From the NCBI GenBank assembly GCA_943369035.1, contig CALRMF020000001.1, positions 1-43,862 of the forward strand: a stretch of 43,862 nt of DNA. Direction: 5' to 3'. The notes under the pieces were generated by a model, which saw only the letters and a list, made by a program, of their open reading frames with translations, had not been told where the DNA came from and searched no databases. Source of the DNA: Curvibacter sp. AEP1-3. GTDB lineage: Bacteria; Pseudomonadota; Gammaproteobacteria; Burkholderiales; Burkholderiaceae_C. The position numbers were made by a program, and so were the translations under genes. Below, in pieces: positions 11,520 to 21,097 of the stretch (the stretch's first letter is position 1; each line of letters starts with the position of its first letter).

Positions 11520-12645
11520 GAATGCTTCCGACGTGTTGCGCGATGCGCGTCGCATCGTCGTCAAGGTCGGCTCCAGTCTGGTCACCAACGAAGGCCGCGG
11601 CCTGGATGAGGTGGCCATCGGCGAGTGGTGCCGTCAGCTCTCGGCCCTGGTGCGCGAGGGGCGCGAGGTCATCATGGTCTCCAGCGGGGCGATTGCCGAA
11701 GGCATGAAGCGCCTGGGTTGGTCCAGCCGGCCGCACGAGATCCACGAACTGCAGGCGGCGGCTGCGGTCGGCCAGATGGGGCTGGCGCAGATGTACGAAA
11801 CCCGTTTTCGTGCCCACGGCCTGGGCAGCGCCCAGGTACTGCTGACGCACGCCGACTTGGCCGACCGAGAACGCTACCTCAACGCCCGCTCCACCCTGCT
11901 GACGCTGCTCAAGCTCGGCGTGGTGCCGGTGATCAACGAGAACGACACTGTGGTCAACGACGAGATCAAGTTCGGCGACAACGACACACTGGGCGCGCTC
12001 GTGGCCAATCTGGTCGAGGCCGATGCGCTGATCATCCTGACCGACCAGAAGGGGCTGTACACCGCCGACCCGCGCAAGGATCCGTCAGCGCAGTTCGTGC
12101 ACGAGGCCCAGGCCGGCGATCCGGCATTGGAGGCCATGGCCGGCGGGGCTGGCTCCAGTATCGGCAAGGGCGGCATGATCACCAAGATCCTGGCAGCCAA
12201 GCGCGCGGCCGGCTCAGGGGCCTCTACCGTGATCGCCTGGGGCCGTGAGCCCGACGCCTTGCTGCGGCTGGCGCGGGGGGAAGCCATCGGTACCTTGCTG
12301 GTGGCGCCGACGCAGAAGAACCAGGCGCGCAAGCAGTGGATGGCTGATCACCTGCAGCTGCGCGGCGCCGTGGTGGTAGATGCCGGCGCGGCGGCCAAGC
12401 TGCTGGAAGAGGGCAAGAGCCTGCTGCCGATCGGCATGACGGCGGTGGAAGGTGAGTTTGCGCGTGGTGACGTGATCGCCGTGCGTGATGCCCAGGGCAA
12501 CGAAATTGCGCGCGGCCTGGCCAACTATGCCAGTTCCGAGGCGCGCCTGATCGCGCGCCGTCCGTCCAGCGATTTCGAGAGGTTGCTCGGATACATGGCT
12601 GAGCCGGAGATGCTGCACCGGGACAACCTGGTGCTCATGCGCTAA
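11509..12645 (+). CDS. proB: Glutamate 5-kinase
   Basis: [41 protein letters not shown] and a C-terminal PUA domain; start at 11479 or 11509 uncertain. Confidence 0.97.
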   Translation: MTSKNASDVLRDARRIVVKVGSSLVTNEGRGLDEVAIGEWCRQLSALVREGREVIMVSSGAIAEGMKRLGWSSRPHEIHELQAAAAVGQMGLAQMYETRFRAHGLGSAQVLLTHADLADRERYLNARSTLLTLLKLGVVPVINENDTVVNDEIKFGDNDTLGALVANLVEADALIILTDQKGLYTADPRKDPSAQFVHEAQAGDPALEAMAGGAGSSIGKGGMITKILAAKRAAGSGASTVIAWGREPDALLRLARGEAIGTLLVAPTQKNQARKQWMADHLQLRGAVVVDAGAAAKLLEEGKSLLPIGMTAVEGEFARGDVIAVRDAQGNEIARGLANYASSEARLIARRPSSDFERLLGYMAEPEMLHRDNLVLMR

Positions 12646-12660
12646 GCCGGCGCTGCGCGC

Positions 12661-13149
12661 TCAGCGCGGGGCCTGAAGCCGCCGCACCAGTTCGGCCGGT
12701 GTCCGGCCCCCCGTGGCACTGCTCTCGCAGAGCCCCTGACGTGCCAGAGCCAGTGAGTGGCGCGTTGCGCTCTGCGTGACGTCCAAAGGCCGCCAAATCG
12801 GGTTGCTGATCAGACTCCACTTGCCGGGTTCGCTGGCGCGTGCATAAGTCTTGACCTCGGCGGTGTCGCAGCGCAGGCCTTCGTAGATGGCGTTGGTGCT
12901 GCCGCCCGGGTTGTAGGCCACCACGACATAGCGCACCACCCAGTCTGGGCCGATGGACAGGCTTTTCGGATCAATGCCGAAATACAGGCTGGTGCGGATC
13001 GGCATGTCGATGGCAATCAGGCCATCCTTGCTCCAGGCGGGGGGGGGTGGGGCTTCGGCTTCCTGCCAATCCTCGTCGGCACATGCGCCGGAAAGGGTGA
13101 ACAGCCCGAACGCCAGCAAGGCCAGCAGCGGCTTGAGCTTACCCCGCAT
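12661..13149 (-). CDS. CNP1-like family exported protein/lipoprotein
   Basis: Signal-peptide-like N-terminus; [19 protein letters not shown] and YEGLRC motifs; overlaps the rppH end. Confidence 0.7.
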   Translation of the reverse strand: MRGKLKPLLALLAFGLFTLSGACADEDWQEAEAPPPPAWSKDGLIAIDMPIRTSLYFGIDPKSLSIGPDWVVRYVVVAYNPGGSTNAIYEGLRCDTAEVKTYARASEPGKWSLISNPIWRPLDVTQSATRHSLALARQGLCESSATGGRTPAELVRRLQAPR

Positions 13150-13777
13150 GCCGTTCTCCAGAGTGCGTGTCGACGTTGGTGTGGGGATCGGGCTCGAAGC
13201 TCGCGCCGGGAGGCAGTTCGATCAACGCGCCGGGCGGCGGCAGATCGTGCTCTGTCTCGCGCCCTCTCGCGCCCTGGCGCAGAAACCGGCTGCGGTGTTC
13301 GTGGTTGCGCGGCAGGAAGCGCGCCAGCTCGGTCAGCGCCATCTCGTAGACGCCACGCTTGAACTCGACCACCATGTCCAGCGGCACCCAGTAGTCGTTC
13401 CAGCGCCAGGCGTCGAACTCGGGGTGGTCGGTGGCACGCAGATTCAGGTGCCAGTCCTGCACCAGCAGCTGCAGCAGGAACCAGATCTGCTTCTGGCCCT
13501 TGTAGTGGCCGCGCGCCTCGCGGCGGATGTAGCGGTCCGGCACCTCGTAGCGCAACCAGTCGCGGGTCCGGGCCACGATGCGCACGTGCTCGGGCTTGAG
13601 CCCGATCTCTTCGCCCAGTTCGCGGTGCATGGCCTGCTCGGGGGACTCTCCCCGGTCGATGCCACCCTGCGGGAACTGCCACGAATGGGTGCGTATGCGT
13701 TTACCCCAGAAAACCTGGTTTTTCTGGTTGAGCAGAATGATGCCGACGTTGGGCCGAAAACCGTCCCGGTCAAGCAT
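13139..13777 (-). CDS. rppH: RNA 5'-pyrophosphohydrolase
   Basis: [23 protein letters not shown] Nudix box, [15 protein letters not shown] and VVEFKRGVY motifs. Confidence 0.97.
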   Translation of the reverse strand: MLDRDGFRPNVGIILLNQKNQVFWGKRIRTHSWQFPQGGIDRGESPEQAMHRELGEEIGLKPEHVRIVARTRDWLRYEVPDRYIRREARGHYKGQKQIWFLLQLLVQDWHLNLRATDHPEFDAWRWNDYWVPLDMVVEFKRGVYEMALTELARFLPRNHEHRSRFLRQGARGRETEHDLPPPGALIELPPGASFEPDPHTNVDTHSGERHAG

Positions 13778-13871
13778 AATCAAACCCCAAATTTTTGAAC
13801 TGAGACCATTATGCACGGCCGACGTCGTGCATCAAGGTCCACAGCCCGTTTTTCCCTCGAAAAGTTCGCTC

Positions 13872-15617
<1,746 letters not shown>

Positions 15618-15619
15618 GC

Positions 15620-16267
15620 ATGGCCGCACCGGCCGGTTCGCAGGGGGTGAATAGAAGGGTTTTTGGCCTTTTTCCCTTGCTGGTCGGTTCGGGGCTGCTC
15701 CTGATTCAGGAGCGCGCGCAGGCCGGCGCCCAGATCGAGGAGCCGCTCGCCGATGCCGTGCGCACGGCCTTGAGTGCCGCGATTGCCAACAATGCGCCGC
15801 CGGTGCCCGAGTTCACCGACACGGAATCGCGCCTAAGCTACCTGCGCTGGCTGGGCGCCATGAGCGAGCGGCTGAAGAAGAAAAAGCATGCGTTTCAGGA
15901 GCGCACCGAGTTCCTGCAGACGGTCTGGTATGAAAGCAAGCGTGCTGGCCTGGAAACCTCGCTGGTGCTCGGGCTGATCCAGGTCGAGAGCAATTTCCGC
16001 AAGTTCGCCATCTCGCGTGCCGGCGCGCGCGGCTACATGCAGGTGATGCCGTTCTGGACCCGGGTCATCGGCGACGGCGATGCCGGCAAGCTGTTCCACA
16101 TGCAGAGCAATCTGCGCTTCGGCTGCGTCATCCTGCGCCACTACCTGGAGCGTGAGCGTGGCAACCTGTTCATGGCGCTGGGCCGTTACAACGGTTCGCG
16201 CGGCAAGGCCGCCTATCCGGACGCCGTGCTGGCGGCGCAGCGCGCCTGGGTCTACGCCGACGCGTGA
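15620..16267 (+). CDS. Lytic transglycosylase (SLT domain)
   Basis: IQVES (catalytic Glu), AISRAGARGYMQVMPFW and ALGRYNG motifs. Confidence 0.9.
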   Translation: MAAPAGSQGVNRRVFGLFPLLVGSGLLLIQERAQAGAQIEEPLADAVRTALSAAIANNAPPVPEFTDTESRLSYLRWLGAMSERLKKKKHAFQERTEFLQTVWYESKRAGLETSLVLGLIQVESNFRKFAISRAGARGYMQVMPFWTRVIGDGDAGKLFHMQSNLRFGCVILRHYLERERGNLFMALGRYNGSRGKAAYPDAVLAAQRAWVYADA

Positions 16268-16271
16268 GCGC

Positions 16272-17582
16272 TCAGGCGGAGGCGTCCGCTGCCGGGTCGG
16301 GCTGGCGTGTCACCATGACTTGGTCGATGCGGAAGCTGTCCACGTCCATCACCTCGAAGGTGTAGCCGCCCCACTCCACGCGGTCGGTGCGGCGCGGCAC
16401 GCGGCGCAGCATCTCCATCAGGAAGCCGGCCAGGGTCTCGTACTCGCCTTCGTGCGGCAGTTCCTGCAGGCCGAGGGCGCGCTGCACGTCCTGGACCGGC
16501 GTGATGCCGTCGATCAGCCAGGAGTGTTCGTCGCGCCGCACGATCAACTCCTCGTCCTGCGGCGAGACCAGATCGCCCATCACGGTGCTCATCACGTCGT
16601 TCAGCGTCACCACCCCCACCACCAGGCTGTACTCGTTGACGATGACGGCAAAGTCTTCGTGGGCCTGGCGGAAATGCGTCAGGACTTCGGCCAGCGTCAG
16701 CCGGTCGGGCACCATCACTGCCTTGTGCAGCAGCGCCGGGTCGGTCAGGCGGATCGGCTGGTTGTTGAGCACGCGCTGGAACAGGTCCTTCGCGTCCACA
16801 TAGCCGACCACGTGGTCGATGTCTCCGGCGCAGACCGGGTAGGTCGAGAACGGCTCCGCGGCGATGCGGGCCCGCACGATGGCGTCGCTGTCGTCGGCAT
16901 CAAACCAGGCGATGCGGTCGCGCGGCGTCATGGCGCTGCTGACGGTGCGGGTGTCCAGCTCGAACACGTTGGCGATCACCTGCTGACCGCTGCGGGCCAG
17001 CGCGCCCGATTCGGCGCCGGCCTCCGCCAAGGCCAGGATGTCGTCGGGTGTGACGCGCTCATCGCGCTGCGCCGGCAGGCCGAGCACCCGGAACAGCCCG
17101 TCGGTGGCGCGGCTGTAGAGCCAGACCACGGGCTTGAAGAGCGACAAGCACAGCTGCATTGGACCGACCACCCAGGTGGCGAGCTTCTCGGGTTCGGCCA
17201 TGCCCAGCCGCTTGGGCAGCAGGTCGGCGAAGACGATGAAGAGCGAGATCACCAGCACGAAGGAGAGCGCAAACGCCGCGCTCTGGGCAGGCCCCTGCGC
17301 CAGCCAGAGGCCCAGCAGACGGTTGAACAGCGGGCTGAACGCGCCTTCGCCGACGATGCCGCCCAGGATGGCGACGGCGTTCAGGCCGATCTGCACCACG
17401 GTGAAGTAGTGCCCTGGCTGTTCCTGGATGCGCAGGACCTGTGCCGCCCGCACATCGCCCTCGTCGGCCATCTGGCGCAGGCGCAGACGCCGCGCGGCGG
17501 CCAGCGACATTTCGGCCACGGAGAAGAAGGCGCTGGCAGCGATCAGCGCAGCGATGAGGATCAGGCTTTGGGTCAGGCTCAT
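16272..17582 (-). CDS. HlyC/CorC family (DUF21-CBS-CorC) membrane protein, YtfL/PaeA-like
   Basis: SAFFSVAEMSLAAAR, FTVVQIGLNAVAILGGIVG, FADLLPKR, a CBS pair and YETLAGF CorC tail; resembles E. coli YtfL as recalled. Confidence 0.88.
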   Translation of the reverse strand: MSLTQSLILIAALIAASAFFSVAEMSLAAARRLRLRQMADEGDVRAAQVLRIQEQPGHYFTVVQIGLNAVAILGGIVGEGAFSPLFNRLLGLWLAQGPAQSAAFALSFVLVISLFIVFADLLPKRLGMAEPEKLATWVVGPMQLCLSLFKPVVWLYSRATDGLFRVLGLPAQRDERVTPDDILALAEAGAESGALARSGQQVIANVFELDTRTVSSAMTPRDRIAWFDADDSDAIVRARIAAEPFSTYPVCAGDIDHVVGYVDAKDLFQRVLNNQPIRLTDPALLHKAVMVPDRLTLAEVLTHFRQAHEDFAVIVNEYSLVVGVVTLNDVMSTVMGDLVSPQDEELIVRRDEHSWLIDGITPVQDVQRALGLQELPHEGEYETLAGFLMEMLRRVPRRTDRVEWGGYTFEVMDVDSFRIDQVMVTRQPDPAADASA

Positions 17583-17658
17583 GGGGCGGCCGCGCGGGCG
17601 CACTGATCGCCCGCACGGCCGCCACAAGTTTAGCGGGCGCCGCCTGCGCACGCTGTGA

Positions 17659-18657
17659 CTACTGCACGAAACCCACGCGCGGCCGGGCCGTGGCGGCGCG
17701 CGGCAGATCGCCGCTCTGGATCTCGTCGCGCCCGGCCAGACGGGCGTTGCCGAAGCCGGTCATGAGCGCACGCCGCATCTCCCGCGGCGCCACCTCCGCC
17801 AGCTGGTCGAGCAAGGCCTCCCCCGGTTCGGGCACGAAGCGCTGCCCCCAGTCGTGTTCGCGCCGGATGGACTGGTAGAGCTTGCGGGCAATCGTGCGGG
17901 CCTGCTCGCGCGTCGGCGCCTGCACCTCGAACACGTTCATGCGGTTGAGGATCGGGTCGGGGATGCTGCGCGCGTCATTGGCAGTGGTGATCCAGATCAC
18001 CTGGCTGGCGTCGATGGCGACTTCGGCGAACTCGTCGACGAAGGTGTGCGCGCTGTCGTGCTCCAGCAGGCTGTAGAGCGCGCCCAGCGGGTCGTACTGC
18101 GCGTCGCTGCTGGCCTTGTCGATCTCGTCCACCACGATCACCGGGTTGGCGTACTGGCCGTCCACCAGTGCCTCGAACACCTTGCCCGGGCGGGCGCCTT
18201 TCCATTGCGAGGAGGAGCCGGAGAGCAGCCAGCCGGCCGTCATCGAACTCATCGGTACCAGGTTCATGCCGGTGCCCAGCAGGTCGGCCAGTTGACGGGC
18301 GAAATGCGTCTTGCCGATTCCCGGAGGCCCCAGCAGCAGCATGGGCGTGACTTCCAGGCCGTCGCGGCTGTCCTGGCTCAGCGCCACATGGCGCTTGACG
18401 TCGTCCAGCACCTCGGTGAAGTTGGGCAGGTCGTCGTAGAGCGCCGCCATGTCCGGCACACCGGAGGGCTTGACCTGGAAACGTTCGGGGCCGCGCTCCA
18501 GCATGCGCTGGTACGTGCTGCGCAGGCTGTCGTGCTCGCGCTCGGACAGCTTGGCCAGCTTGCGTTCCACCTCGTCGGGCTGGAACACGCTGCGCACCTG
18601 CGCGATCGGCAGGCGAAACCCGCGCTCGTGAGGGACCAAGGGATGCGACTCCATCAT
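17659..18657 (-). CDS. Stand-alone Lon-type AAA+ ATPase (no protease domain)
   Basis: LLLGPPGIGKT, NPVIVVDEIDK, DPLGALYSLLE, ITTAN and IPDPILNRM parallel the Lon ATPase module; only 332 aa. Confidence 0.85.
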   Translation of the reverse strand: MMESHPLVPHERGFRLPIAQVRSVFQPDEVERKLAKLSEREHDSLRSTYQRMLERGPERFQVKPSGVPDMAALYDDLPNFTEVLDDVKRHVALSQDSRDGLEVTPMLLLGPPGIGKTHFARQLADLLGTGMNLVPMSSMTAGWLLSGSSSQWKGARPGKVFEALVDGQYANPVIVVDEIDKASSDAQYDPLGALYSLLEHDSAHTFVDEFAEVAIDASQVIWITTANDARSIPDPILNRMNVFEVQAPTREQARTIARKLYQSIRREHDWGQRFVPEPGEALLDQLAEVAPREMRRALMTGFGNARLAGRDEIQSGDLPRAATARPRVGFVQ

Positions 18658-18798
18658 TCACTCCTGCTGTACCGTGTGCTCATCGGGTGCCCGCTGCACA
18701 CGATTTCATTCAAGCACAAGCCGTTGCGCGGCTCAAGTCGCAGGAGCCCGGATAAGCGGGATGACTGTCTGCTTTTTCACACAATCGGCGCCGGCATG

Positions 18799-18831
18799 AA
18801 AAAACCACCGGGGCCGTTCGGCCGCGGTGGT
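18799..18831 (-). terminator. Rho-independent terminator after grxD
   Basis: Minus strand ACCACCG-c-GGCC-GAAC-GGCC-c-CGGTGGT followed by TTTTT. Confidence 0.8.
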
Positions 18832-18850
18832 GCATCGGAGGGCGCGGGGA

Positions 18851-19174
18851 TCAGGCTTGGCCGCTGATCACCTTCTGCAGTTCACCACTCTCGTACATCT
18901 CCATCATGATGTCGGAGCCGCCAATGAACTCGCCCTTCACGTAGAGCTGCGGGATGGTCGGCCAGTTGCTGTATTCCTTGATGCCCTGGCGGATGGCATC
19001 GTCCTCCAGCACGTTGACGGTCCTGAGGGCTTTGGGGTCGACGCCGCAGGCCTTGAGAATCTGCACGGCACGGCCGGAAAAACCGCACATCGGGAAGCTG
19101 GCGCTGCCCTTCATGAACAGCAGGATGTCGTTGGTCTTGACGAGCTCGTCGATGCGTTGTTGGGTATCGCTCAT
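18851..19174 (-). CDS. grxD: Monothiol glutaredoxin Grx4
   Basis: LFMKG, CGFS active site, WPTIPQLY and GGSDI motifs. Confidence 0.97.
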   Translation of the reverse strand: MSDTQQRIDELVKTNDILLFMKGSASFPMCGFSGRAVQILKACGVDPKALRTVNVLEDDAIRQGIKEYSNWPTIPQLYVKGEFIGGSDIMMEMYESGELQKVISGQA

Positions 19175-19265
19175 GGTGGTAGGTGTCCTGAAAACCGGAA
19201 TGTCGCAATTATTTCATTTTCGGCGTACCCCTGCGGGCGGCGCGGCAAAAGCGCGGCGGCGGGGC

Positions 19266-21008
19266 TCAGGCCGGCGTGCCCAGTTGCGCGGGCACCGGCG
19301 GCTGGGGTTCGAAGAAGCAGAAGCTGTTGCGTCCGCTGGCCTTGGCGCGGTACATCGCCGTGTCGGCCTGGCGCAGCAGGTCGTCGGCGTCCGCACTGTC
19401 CGCCGGGTACAGGCTGACGCCGATGCTGGCGGTGGTGATGACCTCCTGGCCGTCGACCTGCATCGGCTGCGAGATGGCATCAATGATCTTCTGCACGATC
19501 AGGGGCACGTCGTTCGCATCGCCCAGCGATTCGAGGATGACCGTGAACTCGTCGCCGCCGAGCCGGGCGACGGTGTCGGCCTCGCGCACGGCGCCCGTCA
19601 GGCGCTCGGCCACGGTCTGCAGCAGCCGGTCGCCGACGTGGTGGCCCAATGTGTCGTTCACCGGCTTGAAGTTGTCGAGGTCGACGAACAGCACCGCCAC
19701 CAGGGTGTGGGAACGATGGGCGTGCGCCAGCGCGTGGTGCAGCCGGTCGAGGAACAGACCGCGGTTGGGCAGTCCCGTGAGGCCGTCGTGGTAGGCGAGG
19801 AACTGGATCTGCTCCTGCTCGGCCTTGCGCCGGGTGATGTCGGAGAACACGCCGACATAGTTGACGATCTCGCCCTGGTCATTGCGCACCGTGTTGATGG
19901 TCAGCCACTCCGGGTAGACCTCGGCGTTGCGGCGCCGGTTCCAGATCTCGCCCTGCCAGTGGCCGTGGGTTTCCAGATCAGCTCGCATCTTGCGGTAGAA
20001 GTCCGCATCGTGTCGGCCGGACGACAGCAGGGCCGGCGTCTTGCCGATCACTTCCGCTGCCGTGTAGCCGGTGATGCGCGTGAACGCCGGATTGACCGAC
20101 TCGATCACGTGGTGCGCATTGGTGACCAGGATGCCTTCCAGCGTGCTTTCGAACACCTTGGCCGCCAGCCGCTGGTGCTGCAGGGAGATGGCCAGGCTGT
20201 GCTCGCGCTCCTTCAGCGTCTCGCGCAGGCGGTGTGCGTACTCGTGCTCGATGCTGGACAGGATGTCGGCAAAAGCCACCAGGCCCAGCAGCTTGCCCTG
20301 GGCGTCGGTGACACCGAGATGCCGGATGTGCCGGTCGGTGAACAGGTGGCGCGCGTGGTAGAGGCTCACGTCCGAGCCGACGCAGATCAGCGGCCGGCTG
20401 GCCACCTCGCCCACGCTCACGGTGGCGACGGTCGCACTGATCAGTCGCATCACGTCGCGCTCGGTCAGGATGCCGTGGCTGCCGTCCTCGTAGGCCACGA
20501 GGATGGCATCGGTGCCATCGGTGTGCATGCGGGCAACGGCGTCGCGCACTGGCACGCTGCTGGCAATCACCGCATGGCGCCGATTCAGTACCGAACTCAG
20601 CTCACGCAGGGACAGGTAGTACTCGATGCCCTGGTTCAAGACGATGTCGGTCTGGGTCACGATGCCCTTGCGCGCACCGGCCTCGTCGACCACCAGGAAG
20701 TGACGAACCCGCTCTTCGCGAAAACGCTGCGCCGCCTCGCCCAGGCTGGTGCTGGCCAGCAGGGTCTTGACCGGTGAGCTCATGTAGTGGGCGATCGGCG
20801 CCTGGAAGGTCCGTGGGTCGGCCATGTCCAGCGTCAGTGCATCGTGCTCGGTCCAGATGCCAAGCACGTTGCCGTTGCCGTCCAGCACCAGGATGGAGCT
20901 GCAGCGCGCCTCCACCATGCGACGCGCGGCGGTGGCCAGCGGCGTGTCGGCGGAGCAGGTCAGGATGTCCGGCTGGAGGATGCACTCGATGGAGACGTCA
21001 GTCGTCAC
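19266..21008 (-). CDS. CBS-PAS-GGDEF diguanylate cyclase
   Basis: About four CBS repeats (GIWTEHD, GIVTQTD, GILTERD, GLVAFAD), PAS/PAC (VNPAFTRITGY...WQGEIWNRR), DGLTGLPNR, DLDNFKPVND, RLGGDEF; GTG start at 21008 inferred, ORF open to 21116. Confidence 0.9.
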   Translation of the reverse strand: MTTDVSIECILQPDILTCSADTPLATAARRMVEARCSSILVLDGNGNVLGIWTEHDALTLDMADPRTFQAPIAHYMSSPVKTLLASTSLGEAAQRFREERVRHFLVVDEAGARKGIVTQTDIVLNQGIEYYLSLRELSSVLNRRHAVIASSVPVRDAVARMHTDGTDAILVAYEDGSHGILTERDVMRLISATVATVSVGEVASRPLICVGSDVSLYHARHLFTDRHIRHLGVTDAQGKLLGLVAFADILSSIEHEYAHRLRETLKEREHSLAISLQHQRLAAKVFESTLEGILVTNAHHVIESVNPAFTRITGYTAAEVIGKTPALLSSGRHDADFYRKMRADLETHGHWQGEIWNRRRNAEVYPEWLTINTVRNDQGEIVNYVGVFSDITRRKAEQEQIQFLAYHDGLTGLPNRGLFLDRLHHALAHAHRSHTLVAVLFVDLDNFKPVNDTLGHHVGDRLLQTVAERLTGAVREADTVARLGGDEFTVILESLGDANDVPLIVQKIIDAISQPMQVDGQEVITTASIGVSLYPADSADADDLLRQADTAMYRAKASGRNSFCFFEPQPPVPAQLGTPA

Positions 21009-21097
21009 GATGGCCCTGCGGGAGATGGTCGAGCTTGCACCATAGCGCCGGTTGCACGGGCGCACCTTGAGGTACGTCAAATCCCGTGGCGAACGCC

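Noticed and set aside
16265-16274. Palindrome TGAGCGCTCA formed by two convergent stop codons
   Set aside because: It follows largely from TGA facing TCA across a 4-nt gap, and there is no terminator-like tail
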